64,000 nt of DNA from an uncultured bacterium (GTDB taxonomy: Bacteria > Bipolaricaulota > Bipolaricaulia > RBG-16-55-9 > DRJF01), in assembly GCA_913053845.1 (NCBI GenBank), contig CAJXGD010000002.1, positions 13,732-77,731 of the forward strand. Reading direction: 5' to 3'. A program made the translations under genes and the position numbers. The notes beneath the pieces were generated by a model. That model worked only from the letters and a program-made list of their open reading frames with translations, had not been told where the DNA came from and ran no database searches. The stretch's first letter is position 1; each line of letters starts with the position of its first letter. Shown piece after piece: positions 16,651-25,921 of this stretch.

Positions 16651-17959
16651 ATCGTTCCATCCCACCTTTCAGGTAGCCCGCCGAGTCTGCCAGGGGGCGA
16701 ACGCGCTTCAGCAGCCGAGCGGGCAGGTAATCTCTTTCTTCGATGATATATTCTGGATAGACTGGCAGACGGGCTTTCAGGGTGAAACCCAGCTCTTCCG
16801 TCCGGCAGCGCAGCTCGGTGATCTGGGGCCAGGGGGCCTCCGGGTTGACATAATCTATTGTCAAAGGCGAGATTCCTCCCCAATCGTTGATGCCGGCTCC
16901 TAGATAGAGGGGATAATCGCCGGCGCTCAAATTGGGGGGGGCCTGCAAATTAACTTCGGGCCCCAGGATCAGCCGGGCGGCGGCGATCGTCCAGAGCAAC
17001 TCCTCCAGCGTCGGCTCCGGGACTGCGCTCATGGGTGTATCCGGCTTGGCGCGGAAGTTCTGGATGATCACCTCCTGGATGTGACCGTAGCGACGATGAA
17101 GCTCGCGGATGGCCAGGAGCGATTTCACCCGCTCGGCTCGCGTCTCGCCGATGCCGATCAGCAGGCCAGTTGTAAAGGGAATTCTTAGCTCTCCCGCGAG
17201 CTCGATCGTCAGGTGCCGCACGCGAGGTCGCTTGCTGGGGGCGTGCTGGTGCGGCCCTCCGGGGGCGGCCAGGCGCGGACTAATATTTTCTAGCATCAGA
17301 CCCATCGAGACATTGACATCTTTGAGCGAGCTCATCTCTCGGCGGGAGAGGGTGCCCGGATTGGCATGGGGCAGCAGCGTCGTCTCATTTAAGACCAGCT
17401 CGCATGCAGCTCTGAGATATTCCAGTGTGGTCTGGTAGCCGTGCTGCTGCAGCCATTTTTTCGCCTCCGGATAGCGCAACTCCGGCCGCTCGCCCAAAGT
17501 AAAGAGCGCTTCGGAGCAACCCAGCCGCTGGCCGGCGCGGGCCACTGCCAGCACCTCCTCGAGGCTCAGATACAGGGGTTCAGCCTGAGCGGGCGAGCGC
17601 CGGAAAGCACAGTAGCCGCAGAAGTCGCGGCAGAGCTGGGTGAGCGGGATGAAGACCTTGGGCGAGAAGCTAATCACCCGGCCGCGGCCCTGATCCCGCA
17701 GGATGGAGGCCGCCTGACAGAGGGAAGGCAGCTCTGCATAAGTTGCTTCGGCCAAGAGATAGGACTGCTCCTCGCTAAGCCCCCGGCACTCTAGAGCCGC
17801 GCTTACGGTCTGCTGCAAGCGATCGCTCAGGATCGCGAACCGGTCCGTGTCCCTCCCTCCGGTGAGGACCTTACCCCAGCGGGAGTAACCGGCTAGAACG
17901 CTTTTGTCTCTAGAGAACTTCCCCACTTTGGATTTCAGGTTCATCCATCGACCTCCCAA
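16631..17959 (-). CDS. cofG: FO synthase subunit 1, CofG (radical SAM)
   Basis: LCRDFCGYCAF radical-SAM motif as in the CofG half of FbiC. First gene of the cofGHDC operon. AT-rich promoter region upstream at 17960-18079. Confidence 0.85.
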   Translation of the reverse strand: MGGRWMNLKSKVGKFSRDKSVLAGYSRWGKVLTGGRDTDRFAILSDRLQQTVSAALECRGLSEEQSYLLAEATYAELPSLCQAASILRDQGRGRVISFSPKVFIPLTQLCRDFCGYCAFRRSPAQAEPLYLSLEEVLAVARAGQRLGCSEALFTLGERPELRYPEAKKWLQQHGYQTTLEYLRAACELVLNETTLLPHANPGTLSRREMSSLKDVNVSMGLMLENISPRLAAPGGPHQHAPSKRPRVRHLTIELAGELRIPFTTGLLIGIGETRAERVKSLLAIRELHRRYGHIQEVIIQNFRAKPDTPMSAVPEPTLEELLWTIAAARLILGPEVNLQAPPNLSAGDYPLYLGAGINDWGGISPLTIDYVNPEAPWPQITELRCRTEELGFTLKARLPVYPEYIIEERDYLPARLLKRVRPLADSAGYLKGGMERYASASR

Positions 17960-18079
17960 CAGATCAAGTTATTTTATAAACTTACGCCGCTTACAGCAAA
18001 TAGGGAATCGCTAGAGCGATATCTCACACTCTTATCCTCGTAAGAATCTGTTCGACTGAGCAAACAGAAAGCTAGAGAT

Positions 18080-18988
18080 TCACGAAGAACAACGTAATAA
18101 TGATTTCCCGATCAACATGCTGGTAACGACCTTATCGATGGCCCTGAGGTCATCATTGATGAAGTCCTTATGAACAGTGCTGAGCCACCCCACTGTAGTA
18201 CTTGTAAAAGACCATAATAAATCCCCATACTGCTCATTCTCAAACTGCCCGATGAAGGTTCCATCAACGAGGTCATCATTGATGTTGACCCGCAAGTGCA
18301 ATAATACTGGGGTTCTCCCAAGTGAAAGGAGTTTATTGTGTGCTTCAGCAATACTAATGAGAGTTTTATCTCCCAATAATACCAAACGCCCCCGTAACTG
18401 CTCAATGTGCTTCGCAACCTGTTTTTCTATCTCAATTGAGAGTTTCTGACCAGGGTGATGTAGCAAATCGCATAAAGGAATGGCAGCTTGATCGATCAAG
18501 GCCATAAAGGGCAACACATGCTCCATGGCAATGCCATTCAACTCGAACGCGGGTAGTGGGCCATGTTCTAACTGTAGTTCAAAGAGCTCCAAGCTGATCG
18601 CAGTGGCCAACCAAGCTGGGTAACGGACTGTCATCGGAAAGGTGTCTGGGATGATCTGTTCAACAGACATACTTTTCAATGCTCCTTTGAGCTGATTGGC
18701 CAAGTTTATCCGCTGTGCGAGCGAGTCTTGCGACACGGGCCGAGGCTGAACTTGCAATTCCGGTAGACACAAGAGAGCACATCGTAGCAAAGGGTTTGTT
18801 GAATCGCCCATACAATTTGACATGCATTGAATATAGATATCCAGTTTGCTTACATCCTCTGGAGTGTTTGTTGCAGCCATGGAGGTAAAGGGTAGCAGCA
18901 ACCCAGTAGCCAACCCAGCACCTCCCAACTTCAACAATGTCCTACGGGTCACCGTGTCCTGTTCAAGGTGCCGTCGTGGTTCATGCAT
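18080..18988 (-). CDS. Tat-exported hypothetical protein, helical with 4 Cys (C-x3-C ... C-x3-C)
   Basis: Twin-arginine signal TRRTLLKLGGAGLATGLLLPFTSMAA. Very low GC (~47%). No family recognised. Start placed at MHEPRR to avoid overlap with the upstream gene. Confidence 0.5.
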   Translation of the reverse strand: MHEPRRHLEQDTVTRRTLLKLGGAGLATGLLLPFTSMAATNTPEDVSKLDIYIQCMSNCMGDSTNPLLRCALLCLPELQVQPRPVSQDSLAQRINLANQLKGALKSMSVEQIIPDTFPMTVRYPAWLATAISLELFELQLEHGPLPAFELNGIAMEHVLPFMALIDQAAIPLCDLLHHPGQKLSIEIEKQVAKHIEQLRGRLVLLGDKTLISIAEAHNKLLSLGRTPVLLHLRVNINDDLVDGTFIGQFENEQYGDLLWSFTSTTVGWLSTVHKDFINDDLRAIDKVVTSMLIGKSLLRCSS

Positions 18989-20204
18989 TGAGTATCCTCC
19001 CATCGGTAACGTATTTTTGATGCTCTTCATGTATTTTAACTATCCAATCGGGGTTTTCCCATAGATAGGTCGTTGCCACCGCAAGGACTTCGGCCGTTTC
19101 TCTCATAACTTGATTTGCAGTTTCACTGGTGAATTCCTTGGCCTCTCCAAGGGAGTGGAATTTCCATCCTCCCTTACGGCCTATGCCGATCAACGCACTG
19201 GGGAGACGCTGCGCAATGTTGCCGAAGTCCGTAGCGAAAGGCAAAGGAAGCGGATCGAATAGTACCTCAAGTCCCACTGCTTCCATCGCATCATGCACGA
19301 CCGTCGCCAAGCGGGCATTAGGTCGTATCCCCATATACAGCGGGCCGATGCGCTCCAGCACGATAGGTATTTCAGCCGATCGACTGATGGAGTTAACAGC
19401 CTCAGTTAAGGCAATGCTGCGCGTTTCGACTTCATCTTGACTCAGCCCGAACACGAGGATCTGTAGTTGAGCGCTCAGGGGGCAACTCGCTTCCACATCT
19501 CCGTTGATCCATGCCCTTTTGACCATCACGAATTCCTGGGTGTGGTTACTTTCCAGAGTGCGAATCGCACCAAGGAGTTCATGAACGGCCCAAACAACGG
19601 ATGCTTGAAGCTCCCCTCGTTGATCAAGCTGACGGGCATGGGTCATATTGACCTGATACCGCGCCATCCAACGGGAGGCCCGCGAGACGGTATTATAGAA
19701 CTCAGGATGAGCATAGAGCACAGCATCCAAGTCATCCCAGACACCTTCTACAGCGGTTACCGCTTTGGACCCTCCCCGACACATGACCTGTGGCGCGCCG
19801 ATCTCATCCCCGGGCAAGCCCATGACAACGAGATCTCCCCTGCGGATCGCCTGTTGAGCTAAGGCAGCAACGGCTCCGATGACTGCCGCTGAGATGACGT
19901 TATGTCCACAAGAATGGTTGGGATGATAAGTCCCATCGGATTGAACCGTTGGGACCGCATCATACAACATAACCAGTCCCACACGGGGCCCACCGGCTTC
20001 TCCTGGTAGCGTGGCGCGAAAGGCCGTCTCGATTCCTGCGATGGGGCGTTCGACCTCAAAGCCCAATTCTCTCAAGCTTTCAGTGAGATAATCGGCACAC
20101 TGTATTTCCTCATAACCCAGCTCTGGATGGTTGTAAACAAACTCGTTGACTGTGGTCATCAACTTCGCCTGGGATTGAACCTGTTCCTGCAGAGCAGATG
20201 TCAT
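18981..20204 (-). CDS. M20 family amidohydrolase/metallopeptidase (AbgB or hippurate-hydrolase-like)
   Basis: HPELGYEE...GLVMLYDAVP...HSCGHNV metal-binding motifs of the M20D amidohydrolases. Confidence 0.8.
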   Translation of the reverse strand: MTSALQEQVQSQAKLMTTVNEFVYNHPELGYEEIQCADYLTESLRELGFEVERPIAGIETAFRATLPGEAGGPRVGLVMLYDAVPTVQSDGTYHPNHSCGHNVISAAVIGAVAALAQQAIRRGDLVVMGLPGDEIGAPQVMCRGGSKAVTAVEGVWDDLDAVLYAHPEFYNTVSRASRWMARYQVNMTHARQLDQRGELQASVVWAVHELLGAIRTLESNHTQEFVMVKRAWINGDVEASCPLSAQLQILVFGLSQDEVETRSIALTEAVNSISRSAEIPIVLERIGPLYMGIRPNARLATVVHDAMEAVGLEVLFDPLPLPFATDFGNIAQRLPSALIGIGRKGGWKFHSLGEAKEFTSETANQVMRETAEVLAVATTYLWENPDWIVKIHEEHQKYVTDGRILNA

Positions 20205-20220
20205 GAGGTGTTCTCTCTCC

Positions 20221-20742
20221 TTAAGGGCGTTCTTGTCTAAGTCGCCTGGATGCTATCTGAATCGAATCGAGAATCGTCCGGTAACCCGTACAACGGCACA
20301 AGTTTCCTTTCATATACCCCTTGATGTCATCGATGCTGGGATCCGGATTTTCGGCCAAGAGCGCCTTGGTAGCCAGGATCATCCCCGGGGTGCAGAAGCC
20401 ACATTGAAACCCCCGACCCTCGATAAACGCCTCCTGAATGGGATGGAGCTCTTCCCCTTGAGCGAGGCCCTCGATGGTGAGCACCTCTCGACCTCTGGCT
20501 TCATAAGCGAGAACGGTACAGGCACTGACCGGCATCCCATCTAACAGCACGGTACACACACCGCATACCTGGACGTCACACGAGAGCTTCGTTCCCATCA
20601 ACCCCAGGCGATTTCGTAGCACCTCGAGCAACGTTTCCCGTGGTTCAATCACAAGCGCATGTCGCACACCGTTGACCTCAAAATTGATGCTCACCGTTGG
20701 ATTGGACTCAGCCGTTTTGACCTTCTCATCGGTTAATGCCAT
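20221..20742 (-). CDS. molybdenum hydroxylase small subunit, (2Fe-2S)-binding (CoxS/XdhC-type)
   Basis: CDVQVCGVCTV ... QCGFCTPGMI ... NLCRCTGY: two [2Fe-2S] binding motifs of the xanthine dehydrogenase family. Confidence 0.85.
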   Translation of the reverse strand: MALTDEKVKTAESNPTVSINFEVNGVRHALVIEPRETLLEVLRNRLGLMGTKLSCDVQVCGVCTVLLDGMPVSACTVLAYEARGREVLTIEGLAQGEELHPIQEAFIEGRGFQCGFCTPGMILATKALLAENPDPSIDDIKGYMKGNLCRCTGYRTILDSIQIASRRLRQERP

Positions 20743-20771
20743 AAGTTCACCTCACACGGTACGTTTAGCTT

Positions 20772-21641
20772 TCAATCAAACCGGGTATAGGCCTGAAGGA
20801 ATGCCCGTTGAACCAAGATAGCAACTAGCTGCTTTTTGTACGCGCTCGATCCGTTGAGGTCATCACTGGGATCGGCCATCTCGGCCGCTGCTTTCCCGGC
20901 TTTATCCGATGCGATCTGAGCCTCCTCCACGCTTTTACCCCCGAGCAGAGCTTCGGCCTCGGTTGCGCGAAAAGGCTTCGAATTCACGCAGCCTACTGTC
21001 ACGATGACCTCTTTGATTCCCTCATGAGCATCATCCAAGGTTAACAAGACCGCAACGCTGACCGTAGGGCGCTCGTGGAATTGGAACCGCTGGTATCCAC
21101 CATGAGTGCTCGCTCCAGGCAGTGGAACGCGGATTTCTGTCAGCAACTCGTCAGGCTGCAATGCAGGCTCATAAGCGTCCACGAGAAACTCATCGACCGA
21201 GAGGGTCCGCTCCATGGTGGCGCTTGCCAGCTTGAACTGTGCCCCAAGCGCCAGGAACAGCGTAGCCGGGTCCGAGTGAGGTTCGGCAAAACACATGTTT
21301 CCACCAATTGTCCCCACGTTGCGAACACGAACGTTGGCAATCTCCCGCTCAACCTGAGCCAGCAACGGTAACCACCTTTGCACCACTTCAGATCGTTCCA
21401 GTTGGCGATGGGTGGTCAACGCTCCAATCTTTAGCTCGTGATCAGCTTCGCCATACTGAATCGCGTTTAGCCCCGGAACTGTTTTGATGTTGATCAAGTG
21501 ATCATAATGTAAGATACCTGACTTCATCACCAATAGCAGCTCGGTTCCTCCCGCATACAACCTGGCATTATCGCCATATTCGCTTAACAGATTCGAGGCA
21601 TCCTGGACCGAGGGCACATCATGGATCTCAAACGGCTGCAA
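20772..21641 (-). CDS. molybdenum hydroxylase medium subunit, FAD-binding (CoxM-type)
   Basis: YAGGTELLLVMK ... TIGGNMCFAEPHSDP motifs of the FAD-binding molybdopterin dehydrogenase subunit. Confidence 0.85.
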   Translation of the reverse strand: MQPFEIHDVPSVQDASNLLSEYGDNARLYAGGTELLLVMKSGILHYDHLINIKTVPGLNAIQYGEADHELKIGALTTHRQLERSEVVQRWLPLLAQVEREIANVRVRNVGTIGGNMCFAEPHSDPATLFLALGAQFKLASATMERTLSVDEFLVDAYEPALQPDELLTEIRVPLPGASTHGGYQRFQFHERPTVSVAVLLTLDDAHEGIKEVIVTVGCVNSKPFRATEAEALLGGKSVEEAQIASDKAGKAAAEMADPSDDLNGSSAYKKQLVAILVQRAFLQAYTRFD

Positions 21642-22101
21642 GGTGCTCTCCTTCTTCTAGGTGTTGTTTGATGGTGCGAGCGAACTGTGCGATGACCTCC
21701 TTGGCCTTGCGCTGGATAAGCCCATGACCCAGTGTGGCCAGTTTGCCCAAAATGTTCATCCGCGTGGTGAACGTCATTTCGGTCCCTTCAGACCCTCGGT
21801 CAGTTAGATGAAGCTCGAGCTCGATGGTGACGTTGGTACTCACCCGGTTGTCCCGACCAGATGCCACTACCACCAAGTGCTGGGGAGCTTTTCGTTCCTT
21901 GATGATGATTTCCAGGGGTAGCTTGAGCGTAAAGGGGCCGACTTTCTGCCCCACAACCGCTTTGTAGCGCTTCCCGATCTCTACCACCTGGGCAGTCTCA
22001 CATCCGGGGATGCAGGTGATCATCTGCTCAATGTCCCATAGGAAATCCCATACCCTTTGTGAAGGGGCCAGAATGGTGACTACCTCATGAAACTCCATCA
22101 C
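21628..22101 (-). CDS. CoxG-like SRPBCC family protein
   Basis: 157 aa. The MEFHEVVTILAPSQRVWDFLWDIEQMITCIPGCE pattern matches carbon monoxide dehydrogenase subunit G-like proteins. Confidence 0.7.
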   Translation of the reverse strand: MMEFHEVVTILAPSQRVWDFLWDIEQMITCIPGCETAQVVEIGKRYKAVVGQKVGPFTLKLPLEIIIKERKAPQHLVVVASGRDNRVSTNVTIELELHLTDRGSEGTEMTFTTRMNILGKLATLGHGLIQRKAKEVIAQFARTIKQHLEEGEHLAAV

Positions 22102-22127
22102 GTCTTCTCCTCAACCACGCTTGCCCT

Positions 22128-23078
22128 TCAGACATCGGCTTTCATAAGCTCTTGTCGCAACTTGAGCAAGGTGGCCACACGTGCTCGCATCAACTCGGGG
22201 ATTTCACCGGGAGCGTAATCAAACAGGCCCTTACCTGTCTTAAAACCCAAATTCTTCTGGGTTACCTTCTCCTCCACAAGCCGGCTGATGCCCGTATCTG
22301 AACATAATTCTTGGTTCAGGTAAGAGGCCACGCTATGATAGATATCCAATCCCGCGACGTCCAGAAGTGCCAAGGGGCCGATCACAGCCAGTTTCATGCC
22401 GATGCCCCAGCGTATTGTAGCGTCGATGTCTTCCATCGAAGCCACACCGGTTTCGGCCAAGTGGAGAGCCTCGCGCATGATCGCGTAAAGGATGCGGTTT
22501 TCCACGAAGCCAGGGATCTCGTGCTCGACGACGGGTACCTGGTTCATCGCTAGGGCGTAGTTCCGGGTGGTTTCTACCGTCTGATCCGCAGTGTGATCCC
22601 CTCGGATGATCTCGATCACCGGGATGATATGTGGTGGGTTGGACCAGTGCATTCCCACGATGCGTTCAGGACGGCTGCGCCCTTCCTGGAGTTTGGAAAT
22701 GGGGATGCCTGACGTGTTGCTCGACAGGATGGTGTCCGATGAGACCAACGCCTCCATCTCCGAAAAAACCTTTTGCTTGAGCTCCAGTTTTTCGGGAACC
22801 GCTTCGGATATGAAGTCCGCACTCTTCACCGCTTCAGACAGCGAAGTGGTAAAGTGAATCCGTCCCAGCGCCTGGTGGGCCGATGCTTCAGTGAGTTCTC
22901 CTGAGCTCTTCAGAACGTTACTCGCCATCTGTACGCCCTCACGTGCGCGTTGAAGGGCCTTCTCATCTATGTCCATCAGATAGACCGCCGAGCCTGAGCG
23001 AGCCATCATTAATGCTATGCCGGGGCCCATTGTACCTGAGCCGATGACCGCACTGGTGTTTGGAACTTGGTTAGGCAT
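22128..23078 (-). CDS. 3-hydroxyacyl-CoA dehydrogenase family protein (NAD-binding)
   Basis: IGSGTMGPGIALMMARSG Rossmann motif plus a C-terminal 3HCDH domain pattern. Confidence 0.8.
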   Translation of the reverse strand: MPNQVPNTSAVIGSGTMGPGIALMMARSGSAVYLMDIDEKALQRAREGVQMASNVLKSSGELTEASAHQALGRIHFTTSLSEAVKSADFISEAVPEKLELKQKVFSEMEALVSSDTILSSNTSGIPISKLQEGRSRPERIVGMHWSNPPHIIPVIEIIRGDHTADQTVETTRNYALAMNQVPVVEHEIPGFVENRILYAIMREALHLAETGVASMEDIDATIRWGIGMKLAVIGPLALLDVAGLDIYHSVASYLNQELCSDTGISRLVEEKVTQKNLGFKTGKGLFDYAPGEIPELMRARVATLLKLRQELMKADV

Positions 23079-23129
23079 GAATCCTCCTTCGATAGCTTGT
23101 ATTCGATGTATCTTCGTTCTTCCTGGGAT

Positions 23130-23957
23130 TTAGACGTAGTAATCCGGCGCTTTTTTATAGTGATGGTAATCTTCGAGATCGTGTGGATACAGCAGCGTCG
23201 GCTTGCGTACGGCGATAAGTTGTTTTAAACGCTGAAACGAACACAACATCGCCAGTGGATCATGATGCAGGCCCATTAGATGATCATGCTCCAAATTCTC
23301 ACGACACCACGCTGCGTCCGCCGTATATAGCACTGGCCCGGAATCCAACTCGACCAACAGGGAGTAATGCCCTACGGTGTGTCCTGGGGTGAAGATCAAC
23401 TGGATACCTGGTAGGACTTCATAGTCCCCTTCGATCAAGTGGTAATCGCGATCGGGGAAATCGAACAACCCTCGGTTGTAACCCAGTCGCTCAAAGGTTT
23501 CTGGGGAGAATGCCTCCCGCAGCTCTTGTTTATGGACGATGTTTTCGGCCTGAGAGAACAGATGATTTGCGCCACAGTGGTCAAAGTGCAGGTGACTGTT
23601 CACCAGTATGTCAATGTCTCCAGGCTTAACGCCGATTTTGCCCAATTGGACAGGAATCGTTTGCTCCGAGCTCTGCTCCGGTTCTTCAAATGGCAAGTCC
23701 TTACGAGCTTGTTCCAGATCAAAGCCGGTGTCAAACAGGACTTTGCCATCTGGGTGGTCGATGAACACCGAGAAAACCGGGATACGTTTGGTGCTCCCCA
23801 TCCCGTGGTTCCAGGTGATCAGCGACTGATCCATCAGCAGGTCGCCGCCATCGAGCAGGTACACTTTGATTGACATAGAGCTCCTTTCAGATGCAGGGTT
23901 AATGCATACTGATGCCACCACCAATGTTGATGGCAGCTCCATTGATGAATTCGGCAT
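23130..23957 (-). CDS. MBL-fold metallo-hydrolase (lactonase-like)
   Basis: HLHFDHCGAN ... HTVGH ... D motifs of metallo-beta-lactamase-fold hydrolases. Confidence 0.75.
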   Translation of the reverse strand: MPNSSMELPSTLVVASVCINPASERSSMSIKVYLLDGGDLLMDQSLITWNHGMGSTKRIPVFSVFIDHPDGKVLFDTGFDLEQARKDLPFEEPEQSSEQTIPVQLGKIGVKPGDIDILVNSHLHFDHCGANHLFSQAENIVHKQELREAFSPETFERLGYNRGLFDFPDRDYHLIEGDYEVLPGIQLIFTPGHTVGHYSLLVELDSGPVLYTADAAWCRENLEHDHLMGLHHDPLAMLCSFQRLKQLIAVRKPTLLYPHDLEDYHHYKKAPDYYV

Positions 23958-24642
23958 CCTTCGAGCACAGGAATGTCACTAACCCTGTGACATCATCCGG
24001 CTTTTCAAACTTGCCTATCGGCGTGTGATTCAGGATGTAATCGAAGGTCTCTTCGGTGAACGCTTGACGTGTGCCCGGCGTGTCCAACAAGGTGGGAGAG
24101 ATCCAAGCAGTCTTGATGCCTAATGGGCCAAGCTCTGTCGCTAAGGCGCGAGTTAGTCCTAGCAAACCTGCTTTACTCGTCAGGTAGTGGGCCAAGCCAG
24201 GGGTGCCCATCCATACCGTGTCCGAACCGACGTTGATGATACGTCCGTCCTGTTGAGTTTTCATCGCGGGCAATACCGCCTTGATACACAAAAATGCCCC
24301 ATCGAGGTTCACGCGCATCCGCTGTTGCCAATCTTCCAATGTGATCTCTTCGAAGGGTTTCCCGGTGTAAATCCCAGCGTTATTGATCAATACATCGATG
24401 CGACCGAATGCCTGCCGGGTATCTTCGGCCATGCGGCAGGTATCCGCCTCCTGAGTAACGTCCGTTTTGACATACTTGGCCACGCCAATTTGGTTTAGTT
24501 CAGATTCAAGCGCCGTCCCATCTCGCACATCGGCCAAGACCACCTTGGCTCCTTCTACAACCAACCGTCGGGCCATAGCGGAGCCCAACTCACCTACACC
24601 ACCGGTCACGATGATCACACGATCTTTCACGCTGATAGGCAT
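23899..24642 (-). CDS. SDR family oxidoreductase
   Basis: TGGVGELGSAMARRL cofactor motif, NNAG, and a YxxxK catalytic tetrad region. Confidence 0.85.
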   Translation of the reverse strand: MPISVKDRVIIVTGGVGELGSAMARRLVVEGAKVVLADVRDGTALESELNQIGVAKYVKTDVTQEADTCRMAEDTRQAFGRIDVLINNAGIYTGKPFEEITLEDWQQRMRVNLDGAFLCIKAVLPAMKTQQDGRIINVGSDTVWMGTPGLAHYLTSKAGLLGLTRALATELGPLGIKTAWISPTLLDTPGTRQAFTEETFDYILNHTPIGKFEKPDDVTGLVTFLCSKDAEFINGAAINIGGGISMH

Positions 24643-24653
24643 GGTACTCCTTT

Positions 24654-25838
24654 CTAAGACCGAGAGTTAACGAACTCTTGCCAATCTTTCAAATCCGCCA
24701 TGGCTGCACCTACACCTGCGCCAAACTCCACCGGCCAGCCCAAATCGGCCAAGCTACGTTCGAGTACGCCCAACTGCGCAGCCAAGTAAGTGGGATGAGC
24801 GACCTTCCCCATGTGTCCTAATCGGAACAGTCGCCCGGCTAATTCACCATAGCCACCGGAGATCATCACGCCATAACAGGCTCTCAGATGGCCGCGTAAC
24901 TGTTCGTCCGTGATCCCCTCAGGGACTGTGACCGCTGTGACTGCTGTGCCGTTGATCTCCTCTCGGGCAGCCCACAGCTTCAGACCCAAGGCTTTGACCC
25001 CTTCTCGACATGCGTGGGAGATTTGTTGATGTCGAGCCACATAATTTTCTAGCCCCTCCTCCAGAACTTGAGACAGCACTGATTCTAAAGCGTAAATCTC
25101 ACCCACTGAAGGGGTATAGGGGAACCGATGGTTTTCAATCCACGCGTCCTTCCAATCGAGAATCGATAGATACGATCCACGCAGTGGATTTTTGCGCGTT
25201 TCCATCGCTTTCCAAGCCTCGGGGCTGACCGCCATGAGGGCCAACCCAGGCGTGCCTCCTAGACATTTTTGGGGGCCCGCTACCGCCACGTCAATAGCCC
25301 ATTCTTCTGGGCTGAATACTGCTCCACCTAACCCTGAAACCGTGTCCATCACGGTGATCACACCGAACTCTTTTGCGATATTCCCGATGTCTTTGACAGG
25401 GTTGATCGTGCCTGAGGGGGTCTCTGAATGAACTACGGAGAGCAACTTGATGGAGGGATCTTGCTGCAATGCTGACCGGACGTCCTCAGGGTCGATCGCC
25501 TCATTATAGGGGACGGCAAGCTCGACGGCCACACCACCATATTTTTCGATAAACAGTTCGTACCATTTGCCAAAAACCCCAGAGACCAGGTTCAAAACTT
25601 TGTCTCCCGGAGAGATCAATGAGGCCGCGGTAGCTTCGAGACCTAAAATGGCCTCTCCCTGCATAATGACGACGTCATACTGGGTGCGGTAAACCTGTTT
25701 GAGAAGCGCCAAAGTCTGTTCAAAGAATTCGATAAAAGCAGGATCATAGTGGTAAAGCATCGGGCGAGCCAGGTCACGTAACGTGCGCTCGCTGACCGCT
25801 ACAGGTCCTGCAGCAAAATTGACGATCGGCCAATCCAT
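24654..25838 (-). CDS. class V aminotransferase (alanine-glyoxylate/serine-pyruvate aminotransferase-like)
   Basis: AGXT-family fold pattern including SGLGG...PQKCLGGTPG (Lys-PLP region). Confidence 0.8.
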   Translation of the reverse strand: MDWPIVNFAAGPVAVSERTLRDLARPMLYHYDPAFIEFFEQTLALLKQVYRTQYDVVIMQGEAILGLEATAASLISPGDKVLNLVSGVFGKWYELFIEKYGGVAVELAVPYNEAIDPEDVRSALQQDPSIKLLSVVHSETPSGTINPVKDIGNIAKEFGVITVMDTVSGLGGAVFSPEEWAIDVAVAGPQKCLGGTPGLALMAVSPEAWKAMETRKNPLRGSYLSILDWKDAWIENHRFPYTPSVGEIYALESVLSQVLEEGLENYVARHQQISHACREGVKALGLKLWAAREEINGTAVTAVTVPEGITDEQLRGHLRACYGVMISGGYGELAGRLFRLGHMGKVAHPTYLAAQLGVLERSLADLGWPVEFGAGVGAAMADLKDWQEFVNSRS

Positions 25839-25869
25839 GTTACCTCCTTACTTAAAAGAGAGATTGCCC

Positions 25870-25912
25870 TGTTCCTCTGGGAGGGCATGTGCTCCTCCCA
25901 GAGGAACAGGCT
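25870..25912 (-). terminator. strong hairpin, probable terminator of the ABC-transporter operon
   Basis: Perfect 17-bp inverted repeat CCTGTTCCTCTGGGAGG-gcatgtgct-CCTCCCAGAGGAACAGG followed on the minus strand by TCTCTTTT. Confidence 0.6.
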
Positions 25913-25921
25913 GATTCCGTC

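Noticed and set aside
16488-16883. 131-aa minus-strand ORF and 16546-16746 + ORF
   Set aside because: They sit in alternative frames of the cofG/cofH junction. The radical-SAM genes account for the region.
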